Source: Gemmatimonadaceae bacterium
Lineage (GTDB): Bacteria > Gemmatimonadota > Gemmatimonadetes > Gemmatimonadales > Gemmatimonadaceae
Assembly: GCA_044224875.1 (NCBI GenBank)
Contig: JBGAJQ010000002.1
Span: forward strand, 64,001 to 128,000
Direction: 5' to 3'
Length of the DNA: 64,000 nt
Under the pieces are notes generated by a model. The model did not search any database and was not told where the DNA came from. It was given only the letters and a program-made list of their open reading frames with translations. A program made the translations under genes and the position numbers. Positions 1 through 10,178 of this stretch are shown here, piece by piece; the first letter of the stretch is position 1, and every line of letters begins with the position of its first letter.

Positions 1-4
1 CAGT

Positions 5-2710
5 GTGCGTGCCACGCGCCTCGGCTTTCGGCCCGAGACGCAGTCGATCACCGTGCGATCTGGCGACACCACGCGGGTGAATTTCACGCTCGGCGAAAGC
101 GCGGTGGAATTGTCGCAGGTCGTCGTGACGGGGACGGGGGGCGCGGTGGAAAAACGTCAGGTCGGTGCTTCGATCGGCAACGTGGACGCGTCGAAGCTCA
201 CAGAGCAGATCGCGGTGCCGGACGTGGGCCGCATGCTGTCGTCCAAGGTCACCGGGCTCCGTGCGACCACCGTTGGTGGTGGTGTGGGCACCGGCCAGGA
301 CATTCGTATCCGGGGCGTTGCCTCCCTGTCGCTCAGCCAGCGACCGGCGATCTACGTCGATGGCGTACGCGTCGACTCGCGGGCGACCGAGTGGTTCAAT
401 AGTGGCGCCTGCTGCTCGTTCGGCGGCGGTGCCTCCACGGACCGGCTTGGCGACCTGAACCCCAACGACATCGAGCGCGTCGAGGTCTTGAAGGGTGCCG
501 CAGCTGCAACGCTGTACGGCTCCGAAGCGACCAACGGCGTCATCCAGATCTTTACCAAGCGCGGTCGCTCCGGCGAGCGGAACACGGAGTGGAACCTCGG
601 TTTGGCCAGTGGCTATCAGGAGCTACGCCACAACCTGCCAACCACGCAGTTCCCGCGGTTCACCGGTCCGGATGGCACGCGCGCGCTGGATGCCAACGAG
701 ACCATGATCCAGAAGGGGCCGTACTATGGCATGGACCTCAGTGCGGCGGGCGGCACGCAGCGCAGTACCTACTTCACGTCCACCCAGATCAGCAAGGAAA
801 CCGGCTCCATCCAGCCGAATGACCAGCTGAAGGGAACATTGCGACTGAATCTCTCCTTCGCGCCAAACGACAAGGTGACGGTGGAGACTCGGTCCGCCTA
901 TGTGCGCGACCGCATCAACGAAATCCAGGCAGGAAATAACTGGACGGCGCTGTTAGGCAACGCCATCAACGGCGACCCTCGCACGGCCAGCAAGACTCGT
1001 CCGTACGGCGAAGCGTGGGTGCCGGTGAAGGACATCAAGACGATGACCACGCAGTCCGACGTCGACCGTTGGACCGGCGGCTTGACGGTGAACTATTCCA
1101 TGCGTCCCAACCTGACGCAGCGCTTCACCGTCGGCGTGGACGCCGTCAACGATCACAAGAACCGCTTCTTCCCGTACGCAGGCGCCTTTGGTCCGGCCGG
1201 CGTCACCAACGGACAGAAGAACCTCGGCCTGCGCAACTACAAGACGTACACGATCGACTACCTGGCGTCGTACAACTTCAAGCTGCCATTCGGCATCGAG
1301 TCGGCGCTGTCTGCCGGTGGCCAGGGCTTCTGGGATATCGAGAGCCTGTTGTACGGCATCGGCAATACCTTCGCCGGCCCAGGCGTCAACTCGATCAGTT
1401 CAGCTGCAACGACACAGTCGGCGGAAGCCTACACCAAGACGGTGAACCTTGGCTTCCTGGCGCAGGATCGCTTCTCCATCAAGGACCAGCTCTTCATTAC
1501 CGCTGGTATCCGCATCGACGGCAACAGCGCGTTCGGCAAGGACTACGGCTACAAGAAGTATCCGAAGGTCGACGTCTCATATGACATGTCGAAGGGTGGC
1601 TATCTGCCAAAGTTCTTTAGCGCGGCACGCGTGCGCGCGGCGTACGGACAGGCCGGCAAGATGCCCGGTCCATTCGACTCCTTCACGAGCTACGCCTCCA
1701 CGCCCGTCTTCACGAGCGGCATCGGTATCGTCCCCCTGAACCCAGGCAACGCAGACTTGCGTCCGGAGAAGTCGACGGAAACGGAGTTTGGGTTCGAGTT
1801 CGGTGTCCTGAACGACCGGCTTGGCGTCGAAGCCTCGTACTACAGTCAGAAGACGAATGACGCCATCGTGCCAAAGACAAATCCGCCCTCCAGTGGATTT
1901 ACCCAGTCCAGGAGCGTCAACATCGGCGAGATCCAAAACAAGGGCTGGGAAGCGTCGGTGAACTATCAAGTGTACGCGACCTCGCGCACCGACTGGACGA
2001 CCGGGGTGAAGCTGGATGGCAACAAGAACGAGATCACCGATCTCGGTGGCATCAACCTCGGCAACAACAACTTCCGGCTGCACTATCCGGTCGGTGGTGT
2101 GTGGGATCGAAAGCCCACGGGCTTCTCCGTCAAGACGACGGGCACTGACCCGACACTGGGCGACTGCACGAAGCTGTCATATGGATGTCCGACGACAACG
2201 CGATCGGATACGGTCGTCTATTTCGGCCCCGGCCTACCGACGACGAACGCATCCTGGTCCAACCAGGTGCGCTTCCGTCAGTTCACCTTCTACGCGCTCT
2301 TGTCGATGGAACGCGGCGCGTTCTTCGGCAACGGCGACCGTCCGTATCGCATCCGTCAGGGCGGGTCCGACGAGTACCTCAGCCAACTCGGCCCGAACGG
2401 CGAGCGGACCTTCAAGGCGGACTCGATCAAGCAATTTGCCAGCATCCTGAACTACATCGACAAACGGGATAACGTGCGACTGCGCGAAATCTCGCTTGCC
2501 TGGAATGTGCCCGACCGCCTCAGCAGCGCCTTTGGCGTCGGTCGTACGTCGGTCACGCTCTCTGGACAGAACATCATGTGGTGGGACGATTGTCACTGCG
2601 TCGATCCGAACATGAACTGGGCGGGCGCGAGCTCGTTCGGGTTCAACAACGGATTCCTGATGCAGCCGGCCCCGCGGGTCTTCCGCATGCAGATCCGCAC
2701 GCGCTTCTAG
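5..2710 (+). CDS. SusC/RagA-family TonB-dependent outer membrane transporter (5' end lies before the window)
   Basis: Plug signature 'DLNPNDIERVEVLKGAAAATLYGSEATNGVIQIFTKRG', 'RIDGNSAFG', 'GNADLRPEKS', C-terminal Phe; followed by a SusD-like gene. Confidence 0.93.
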   Translation: MRATRLGFRPETQSITVRSGDTTRVNFTLGESAVELSQVVVTGTGGAVEKRQVGASIGNVDASKLTEQIAVPDVGRMLSSKVTGLRATTVGGGVGTGQDIRIRGVASLSLSQRPAIYVDGVRVDSRATEWFNSGACCSFGGGASTDRLGDLNPNDIERVEVLKGAAAATLYGSEATNGVIQIFTKRGRSGERNTEWNLGLASGYQELRHNLPTTQFPRFTGPDGTRALDANETMIQKGPYYGMDLSAAGGTQRSTYFTSTQISKETGSIQPNDQLKGTLRLNLSFAPNDKVTVETRSAYVRDRINEIQAGNNWTALLGNAINGDPRTASKTRPYGEAWVPVKDIKTMTTQSDVDRWTGGLTVNYSMRPNLTQRFTVGVDAVNDHKNRFFPYAGAFGPAGVTNGQKNLGLRNYKTYTIDYLASYNFKLPFGIESALSAGGQGFWDIESLLYGIGNTFAGPGVNSISSAATTQSAEAYTKTVNLGFLAQDRFSIKDQLFITAGIRIDGNSAFGKDYGYKKYPKVDVSYDMSKGGYLPKFFSAARVRAAYGQAGKMPGPFDSFTSYASTPVFTSGIGIVPLNPGNADLRPEKSTETEFGFEFGVLNDRLGVEASYYSQKTNDAIVPKTNPPSSGFTQSRSVNIGEIQNKGWEASVNYQVYATSRTDWTTGVKLDGNKNEITDLGGINLGNNNFRLHYPVGGVWDRKPTGFSVKTTGTDPTLGDCTKLSYGCPTTTRSDTVVYFGPGLPTTNASWSNQVRFRQFTFYALLSMERGAFFGNGDRPYRIRQGGSDEYLSQLGPNGERTFKADSIKQFASILNYIDKRDNVRLREISLAWNVPDRLSSAFGVGRTSVTLSGQNIMWWDDCHCVDPNMNWAGASSFGFNNGFLMQPAPRVFRMQIRTRF

Positions 2711-2733
2711 CCACTCGCCTACCTCAACTCGAG

Positions 2734-4104
2734 ATGACCAACATGAATCTCAATCACCCAATGCCTCGACGAGTGGCAACCCACCTGGGCGCCGCTGCGT
2801 TGCTGCTGGCGGCCGTGGCTTGCAACGGCGTCCTGGACGTCCCCAACCCGCAGGCCTTTGGCGATGACGCGCTGAACAACGCGATCATCCTCAAGACCGT
2901 GACGGATGGTGCGGAGGGCGTGCTGCACCAGGGATACGACGACATGATCGTCGTATCCGAACTTCTCAGCGACGAGATGGAATCGTCATCGACGTGGATC
3001 GACTGGGAGGACATTTCCGAGGGCCGCGTGCGACATGACTGGGCAACCGCGGGTTCGTTCTCAGATCCCCAGAACCAGCTGTTGCGCGCGCGCTTTGCCG
3101 CGCAGAGTGCGAAGGAACGTGTGGACAAGGTGCTTGGCGCCGGGGCGGCAACCAGCCCGCTACGCGCCCAGGTGCTCATGGTGGACGCACTGGCCGACCT
3201 GCTGATTGGTATGGGATGGTGCGAAGGGCCGCTGACTTCGAATGCGGCACGGTCACCGGACACTGAGTTCTTCAAGCAGGCGGTCACGAAGTTCACGACA
3301 GCGCTAACCGCCGCTCAAGCTCTCACCGATGCGGCGGCGAAGACCAAATGGACGGACGTCGCCTACGCGGGACGCGCCCGAGCGAACCTGTTGGCCGGAA
3401 ACTACGCAGCCGCGAATTCCGACGCGCAGGCCGTGTCGGCAGCGTTCGTGTACAACGCCGTCTACTCGGAAGGCGCCGCCGCCACGCAGAGCATTACGGG
3501 CAACCAGTTCCACCAGAACCGCAACCGCTCAGGCACGCTGCGTCGCATGTATCACGCGCGCGTCCATGAGGTGGATCCGGGTGGCACCGGCGAGGCCTAC
3601 CTGCGCGACTGGTTCGACAATACGAAGGACGACAAGCGCATGGCTGTCACGCGCAAGACCGGCCAGCTGGGTGTGAACAACCGCTTCGCGTACTACGGCA
3701 TCGCCAAGTATTCGGACCGCGGCGCCGCCATTCGTATGCTATCGAAGACCGAGATGACGTTGATCCAGGCCGAGGTGGCGATGCGGAACAATGATTTTGC
3801 CACGGAAGCCACGCTTCTGAACTCGCTGCGTACGCGTGCCGGCATCGCGCTGCCCGCGATGACCGTACCGGCGAACGCCGCGGACGCTCAAAAGGCACTC
3901 TTGAACGAACGCATGGCCGAGTTGTTCGTGGAAGGCCATCGGCTGCAGGACCTGGCTCGCTTTGGTATCACGAAGGCGACCTTTGATGCCGGCGGTGCCA
4001 CGGGTTCGGCGCGCGCGACGAAGCTTCCGTTGTCGCGTACGGAGATCCTGAATAACACGAACATGAAGGATGGCAATGGCTCGTGCCCGAACGTCACGCC
4101 GTAG
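2734..4104 (+). CDS. SusD/RagB-family surface lipoprotein
   Basis: Lipobox 'LAAVAC', SusD C-terminal motifs 'LIQAEVA', 'LLNERMAELFVEGHRLQDLARF'; start could be 2734, 2743 or 2761. Confidence 0.9.
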   Translation: MTNMNLNHPMPRRVATHLGAAALLLAAVACNGVLDVPNPQAFGDDALNNAIILKTVTDGAEGVLHQGYDDMIVVSELLSDEMESSSTWIDWEDISEGRVRHDWATAGSFSDPQNQLLRARFAAQSAKERVDKVLGAGAATSPLRAQVLMVDALADLLIGMGWCEGPLTSNAARSPDTEFFKQAVTKFTTALTAAQALTDAAAKTKWTDVAYAGRARANLLAGNYAAANSDAQAVSAAFVYNAVYSEGAAATQSITGNQFHQNRNRSGTLRRMYHARVHEVDPGGTGEAYLRDWFDNTKDDKRMAVTRKTGQLGVNNRFAYYGIAKYSDRGAAIRMLSKTEMTLIQAEVAMRNNDFATEATLLNSLRTRAGIALPAMTVPANAADAQKALLNERMAELFVEGHRLQDLARFGITKATFDAGGATGSARATKLPLSRTEILNNTNMKDGNGSCPNVTP

Positions 4105-4138
4105 TTCGGGAGGTGGGTTGGCCGTCAGCATGAACGGA

Positions 4139-4168
4139 CGGGGCGAGCCAGTGCATCGGCTCGCCCCG
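4139..4168 (+). terminator. GC-rich hairpin after susD
   Basis: 11-bp stem CGGGGCGAGCC/GGCTCGCCCCG, 8-nt loop, weak U tail. Confidence 0.55.
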
Positions 4169-4226
4169 GCTTGCCCTTAGCCCGGAGCGCCTATCGATGT
4201 GTTGGGTGTCAGCGAAAGGTCCGCAC

Positions 4227-4925
4227 GTGCACGATGTGGTTGTCAGGTCGCGAAGAGAGTTCGTGGCCAACGCGGTCACCACGGCGGGCGGCCTGTTGGT
4301 GGCCAGTTCGGTGTTGGCGTGTGGCGGAGGCGACGGCGGGACGCCGGTGACTCCGCCGCAAGTCGGAGAGATCAGTGGCTTGGTCAGCGACACCGGGGGA
4401 GCCGCACAGCCAGGACTTGGCTCCCTGATCCTGATGTACAACGACGGACGCCACACGGGTGATCGGGCTGCGCCCGATGCCAACGGGCGGTTTCGATTTA
4501 CGAATGTTGCACCTGGAAACTACCAGCTTCGCTTTCACGCGCCTGGGTTGGCCATTGTGCCGGAACCATTCCCCCACCCATTGCGATTCTCGGTGGAGGC
4601 CGGAAAGACGACCGATGTGCCGGTACGCATCAAGCTCGGCAACTACAACTCCAATCTGGTCGAAATTTACTCTGGTGATGACTTCTTTCAGCTTCAACCC
4701 GATGGGCAGGAGGGCGGGGAGACCGTCGTGAAGCTCGGGACGCTCGTGTGCTGGTACAACGTCGGGACGTCCGTGCACACGGTAACGGGTGGGCCCTGGG
4801 TGGACTCCGGTGATTTGCAGAAGTCGCAAGCGTACATCTGGACGGCAAGCGAGACGGGGTTGTTTGCCTTCTCATGCAAGTACCATCAGCCGGGGCAGCG
4901 TGGAACGTTGCGGGTGACGACGTAG
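4227..4925 (+). CDS. Tat-exported lipoprotein: carboxypeptidase-regulatory-like domain plus cupredoxin (plastocyanin-like) domain
   Basis: 'SRREFV' Tat motif, 'VLAC' lipobox, 'HTVT...CKYHQPGQRGTLRV'; GTG start after GAAAGGT. Confidence 0.75.
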   Translation: MHDVVVRSRREFVANAVTTAGGLLVASSVLACGGGDGGTPVTPPQVGEISGLVSDTGGAAQPGLGSLILMYNDGRHTGDRAAPDANGRFRFTNVAPGNYQLRFHAPGLAIVPEPFPHPLRFSVEAGKTTDVPVRIKLGNYNSNLVEIYSGDDFFQLQPDGQEGGETVVKLGTLVCWYNVGTSVHTVTGGPWVDSGDLQKSQAYIWTASETGLFAFSCKYHQPGQRGTLRVTT

Positions 4926-5038
4926 CGTCGCGGAGCACACAGCACCGCACCGGCTTGTTGCGTAGCACAGCTGGTTTGCATCGCTCACTGGGCGATTGTC
5001 GGTATTGTCGGTCGAATTCCCTCACTTGGAGACCCGCC

Positions 5039-7504
5039 ATGTACTCCCCCTCCGCGAGGTGGGCAAGGGCCGGACGCGCGATGATGTGCGCTGTCGTCGT
5101 GCTGGTCGCGCCAGCTTCCATTGTTGCCCAGCAGGTCAGCTACTCCCGTGCGGAACAGCTATTGTCGTGGAACACCGATCGCCTGGTCTCGGGCGACCAG
5201 GTGAATCCGCAGTGGATGAAGGACGGCAGCCGCTTTTGGTACCGGAACAAGACCTCGACCGGCGCGGAGTTTGTCCTGATCGACCCCGGGTTGAACCTGC
5301 GCCGTTTGCTCTTCGATCACGTGAAGCTGGCGACGGCGATGTCCACCGCTGGAGACACGGCGTTCGACGGCAACAAGCTGCCCTTCCAGACCTTCAAGTT
5401 CGGGAAGGACGGCGACGACGAGAATGAAATCGAATTCAACGCCAACAAGAAGCGCTTTGTCTGCAACATCACGTCCTACAAGTGCGTCGTGGGCGATACC
5501 CTGTCCAGCGACGTGCCGTTCGTGCGATCGCCGGACAAGAAGTGGGAGGCGTTCATCAGCAAGAACAACCTGTGGATTCGCGACGCGGCGAGCAAAAAGG
5601 ACAGCACGCAGCTCACCACCGATGGCGTCGATTACTTCGGGTACGGGACCACGATGCCGCGTCCCAGCCAGCTGCAACGACCGCAGCCCGTGCGGCCGCA
5701 GCTCCGCTGGTCGCCGGATTCCAAGCGCATTGCGGTCATGCGACAGGACGAGCGTAACGTCGAACACATGCACTACATCTCGTATACGCCGCAGCGGCCC
5801 AAGCACTACTCGCAACCGTACGCGCTCCCCGGCGATACCGCCGTGCCCTATCCGTACATCCACCTGATCGAGGTGGCCACGAAGTCCAATGTGGTGGCCA
5901 AGATCAACCCCCGTCCCAACCAGCTGTCGATCGGAGGCTCCGTGCGCGACTCCGCATGGGCCGAAAGCAGCGAGAAGGTGCACGTGTCGTTCTATACGCG
6001 TGGCTCCAAGAGCGCCTACCTGGGCGAAGTAGACGCCAAGACGGGCGACTTCCGCGTGATTGCCCGCGACACGGGCAAGACCTATGTCGAGATCAGCAAT
6101 CCCCAGGACCCGGGGTCGTTCTACGTGACCAAGGACCTGAAGGATGCGTTCTGGTGGAGCGAGCGCGATGGCTGGGGGCATCTCTATCGCTTCGACGGCG
6201 GCGGCGTCACGAACGTGTCATCGATGAACGGTGAGGGCGGTATGACCATGGCCCCGGAGCCAAAGTCGCAGCTGACGACTGGGGCCTGGCAGGTGGGTCA
6301 GATCTCGTACGTGGATGAACTCACCAAGACGATCTACTTCACGGCGCGTGGCCGCGAGCCCAATCGGTTCCTCTACTACGCCGCCCTGTACAAGATGGGC
6401 TTCGACGGAAGCGGAGTTACGTTGGTCACGCCCGAAGACGCCAACCATACGATTTCGTTCAGCCCCAACGGCAAGTACTTCGTCGACTCATATTCGCGCA
6501 TCGAGTCGCCGTCGGTCTCCGTCCTGCGCGCTGCGGCCACAGGGGCCGTGATCCGCAAGCTCGAGGAGGCAGACATCAGCCGGCTCAAGGAAGTCGGCTG
6601 GCGTCCAGCCCAGGTGTTCACCGTCAAGGCGCGCGACGGTATCACAGACACCTACGGCGTGTTGTACCTGCCACCCAAGATCGACACAACCAAGAAGTAT
6701 CCGATCATCACCAACATCTATCCGGGGCCACAGGTCGGCTCCGTGGGCGCCTGGAGTTTCAAGAACGGTGGTGAACCCGCGGCACTGGCGGAGCTCGGCT
6801 TCGTCGTGATCCAGTACGATCACCTCGGCACGCCCCTTCGGTCGAAGGTGTTCCACGACAACTATTACGGCTTCTTTGGCGACAATGGCTTGCTGGACCA
6901 CATCACCGCCATCAAGCAGCTCGCGTCGCGCTACAAGTTCATCGACGTCGACAAGGTGGGCATCTTCGGGCACTCCGGCGGCGGCTTCGCCTCAACGGAC
7001 GCCATGCTGCGATATCCCGAGTTCTTCAAGGTCGCGGTGAGCGGTGCCGGGAATCACGACAATCGCAGCTACAACATCTATTGGGCCGAGAAGTACCAGG
7101 GCCTCATGAAGCGCGATACCGTGCGCAAGACCGACAACTTCGAGACATCGGCCAACAAGACCATGGCCAAGAACCTGCAGGGGCACCTCCTGCTCATGCA
7201 CGGCGACATGGATGACAACGTCCACCCGGCCAACACGGTGCAGGTGATCGACGAACTGGAAAAGGCGAACAAAACCTTCGACCTGGTCTGGGCGCCAAAT
7301 CGGAACCACGGACTCAACGAGCCATACTTCATTCGGCGCCGCTGGGACTACTTCGTGCAATACCTGATGGGAGCAACACCGCCAGAGAACTACCTCATCA
7401 CGCAGCCGGTCGATGGACGTTCAGGTGCAACGCCGGAACCGTTGGACGATGACGACCTGCCCGACGGATTCCCGTATTGGAAGCCCTTCCGAATTCCCCA
7501 GTAG
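5039..7504 (+). CDS. S9 family peptidase, DPP IV-like, exported
   Basis: Signal peptide, propeller 'WWSERDGWGHLY', nucleophile 'GHSGGG', 'HGDMDDNVH', 'NRNH'; RBS GGAGA before ATG 5039. Confidence 0.92.
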   Translation: MYSPSARWARAGRAMMCAVVVLVAPASIVAQQVSYSRAEQLLSWNTDRLVSGDQVNPQWMKDGSRFWYRNKTSTGAEFVLIDPGLNLRRLLFDHVKLATAMSTAGDTAFDGNKLPFQTFKFGKDGDDENEIEFNANKKRFVCNITSYKCVVGDTLSSDVPFVRSPDKKWEAFISKNNLWIRDAASKKDSTQLTTDGVDYFGYGTTMPRPSQLQRPQPVRPQLRWSPDSKRIAVMRQDERNVEHMHYISYTPQRPKHYSQPYALPGDTAVPYPYIHLIEVATKSNVVAKINPRPNQLSIGGSVRDSAWAESSEKVHVSFYTRGSKSAYLGEVDAKTGDFRVIARDTGKTYVEISNPQDPGSFYVTKDLKDAFWWSERDGWGHLYRFDGGGVTNVSSMNGEGGMTMAPEPKSQLTTGAWQVGQISYVDELTKTIYFTARGREPNRFLYYAALYKMGFDGSGVTLVTPEDANHTISFSPNGKYFVDSYSRIESPSVSVLRAAATGAVIRKLEEADISRLKEVGWRPAQVFTVKARDGITDTYGVLYLPPKIDTTKKYPIITNIYPGPQVGSVGAWSFKNGGEPAALAELGFVVIQYDHLGTPLRSKVFHDNYYGFFGDNGLLDHITAIKQLASRYKFIDVDKVGIFGHSGGGFASTDAMLRYPEFFKVAVSGAGNHDNRSYNIYWAEKYQGLMKRDTVRKTDNFETSANKTMAKNLQGHLLLMHGDMDDNVHPANTVQVIDELEKANKTFDLVWAPNRNHGLNEPYFIRRRWDYFVQYLMGATPPENYLITQPVDGRSGATPEPLDDDDLPDGFPYWKPFRIPQ

Positions 7505-7552
7505 CTCCTCCCTTCCATCTTCCTCATGCAATCGAGCTACCATGTGAACGCG

Positions 7553-10136
7553 ATGGCCATCCGCCATCGCGTTCGCACATCCATCCTGTTGTTGCTGTGC
7601 GCGGTCTCCCTCCCAACACGTCTTCGGGCGCAAGGTGTCACGGTCAGTCGGTGGCTGACCATCGGCCCCATACCGGCACGCGTGCCGTTTGGCGCCGCGT
7701 CCGCGGACTCCTCACTGCTCGATGCCACTCGGCTCCCGACCATTCGGGTGTGGCCGGCGGCCGGCGACTCCCTAGTCCTTCCCAACGCCGGTCGTCAGAC
7801 ATGGCGTGACGCATCACTCGTGGTCAGCGGAGGCCAAGGCGTCTATGGACTCATATACGTCATGGCGGACCGATGGCAGCACGTGACGTTGGTTTTGCGG
7901 GTAGTAAACCGGGCGGCCCGGCGCCTGTGGGGGGAGGGCCCCCGGCTGCAAGGTTCCCAGGCCGACCTCGCGCAAGGCAAGCACCTCCTGCTCGTGCAAC
8001 AAGTCGCAGCGAGCGGTGACGCGTACCTGGGCGTCGAGTTGAAAATCACCAGTACAACGCCCGGCGCGTCGCTGACCACCACGTTGGACCCGAGCCGGCC
8101 CGGCACCTTCGCCGACTTCCATGCCGTGGGTTCAGTCACGACCATACGCCTGAGCCGCGATGCAAGAGCCGCGGCGTATGTAGTCCGACGTGTGGACAGC
8201 GACAACGATCGCTCGACTTCGGTGATGTCGATTCGCGAGGTGCCATCCGCCCGCCTGCTCGGCGAAGTGTTGAGCGGCGAGCCATCGAGCCCCGAATGGG
8301 CACCCGGTGGCACGCGCCTCGCCTACCTCACGACGTCGGACAAGAAGGACGCACCCGGCCGAGACCTCATCGTGTGGAACGCGGCCAACAACGAGCATAC
8401 GCGCGTGCTCCGCGGCGAATCGGTCATGCAGATCGTCGGATGGTCTCCCGATGGCGCGTCGATCTACTACACCGGAATGGCACGCTCACCGAGCGTTGCA
8501 CCACCAAAGCCCGGTGAAGCCCGCCGCATGACGGAGGTCTGGCAACGCTTCGATGCCTCTCCGGAGAAGCTGCAACTCTACGCCGTCAACGTGAGCGATG
8601 GTGCGCGGACCACCCTCAGCGGCGACTCGGCATACGGCATCGCCGGGGCCGCGCTTTCGCCCGATGGGCGATCGATCGTCTTCTCGCGTTCGGCGCACCA
8701 TCACGATGCCCCACCGTGGTTGCACGCCGAGCTATGGACCATCGATGCGGCAACGCTCGAGTCTCGGAAACTCATCACGCTCGAACGTCAGGCGTTCTCT
8801 GCGCCCTCCTCGTTCGCCTGGTCGCCCGACTCCAAGGCCGTCGCCTTTTGTGCAAGCGCCAAGGAACTGCTCAAGGGCGAGGATCCAACCTTCTCTGTCT
8901 ATGAGAACAAGTTGTACGCCATCAATGTGGACAAACCCTCGCTCGTGCACCTGAGCAGCGGGTTCATTCCCTCGGTGGGCGTCCTGAGTTGCGGGTCACT
9001 CACCTGGAATGCGGCAGACGGCCGGATCTATGTCAACGCGGACGCGGGGGCACGGAACATACCAGCTCGAACGAAACGAGCCGTGACCTCGGCGTTGGAG
9101 GTGACGACGCTGGAGACCATGAGTGTACCCGGTGAGGTCGTTCAGACGTTCGATATTCAGGGCACCACAATGCTGTCGGCGAGTGAGACACCAACATCGC
9201 CGGCGATCATTCATCGCGTCGACGTTGCCTCTGGTGCAGCGAGCGAATTCGCACGACCAAACGCGCAGAGTCTGGCGGGTGTCGACCTGCCGGCGTGGCA
9301 CCCATGGAGTTTCAAGAACACGCGTGGTGAAGCGATCGAGTCCTGGTACTGGCTTCCACCAGGTTTCGACTCAACGCGCACGTACCCAATGATCGTGCAT
9401 TACTACGGCGGCACGATCGGAATGAAGAAGAACTTCGAGCAGCGCCTCCTCTGGTTTGCCTCGAACGGCTATGTGGTGCTGTTCATTAATCCCGCCGGTG
9501 CCCCGGGGTACGGTCAGAAGTTCTCCAACTACCATATCAACGACTGGGGTTTCCCTGCGGCGACAGACCTCATCGAGGGCACACAGCAGTTCCTGCAGTC
9601 GCATCGATATGTCGACGCCGCGCGTGTCGGCAACTTTGGCCACTCATACGGTGGCTTCATGACGATGCATCTGCTGACGCGAACCAAGATCTTCCGCACC
9701 GGCATTGCAATCGCTGGGATCAGTAACATCGCCGATTACTGGGGGCGCCGGCGCAACCGGCTACAGTTACACCGATGGCACCTGTCCCGGATGCTATCCA
9801 TGGAACCGCAAGGACATCTACATCGACCGCTCACCACTGTTTTCAGCAGACAAGATCACGTCGCCGTTGCTGCTGATACATGGCACGGATGACACCAACG
9901 TCGTACCGACGGAGTCCGAGCAGATGTTCACGGCGCTGCGCATGTTGGGTCGGGAAACGGAGCTGATTCACGTGCAGGGCGAGAATCACGGCATCAATTC
10001 GCGGCCGTCAGTGGAATTCACGCGCGACCGCATCATGCTGGACTGGTTTGACAAGTATCTGCGAGACCGGCCCGCGGCCTGGTCGGCTCGATGGGGGCCT
10101 GGTGGGGTCATGAAGCTGGTGCCGTCCGGACCCTGA
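7553..10136 (+). pseudogene. S9 family peptidase (acylaminoacyl-peptidase-like) split by a +1 frameshift at 9741-9745; may be a sequencing error
   Basis: ORF 7526-9892 carries WSPD repeats and 'GHSYGG'; ORF 9705-10136 carries catalytic Asp/His ('HGTDDTNV', 'GENH'); removing one G from GGGGG joins them as 'YWGAGATGYSY'. Confidence 0.85.
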
Positions 10137-10178
10137 CGAACATCCGGCTGGCGGAGTGAATGCTCGCTCCGCCAGCTG

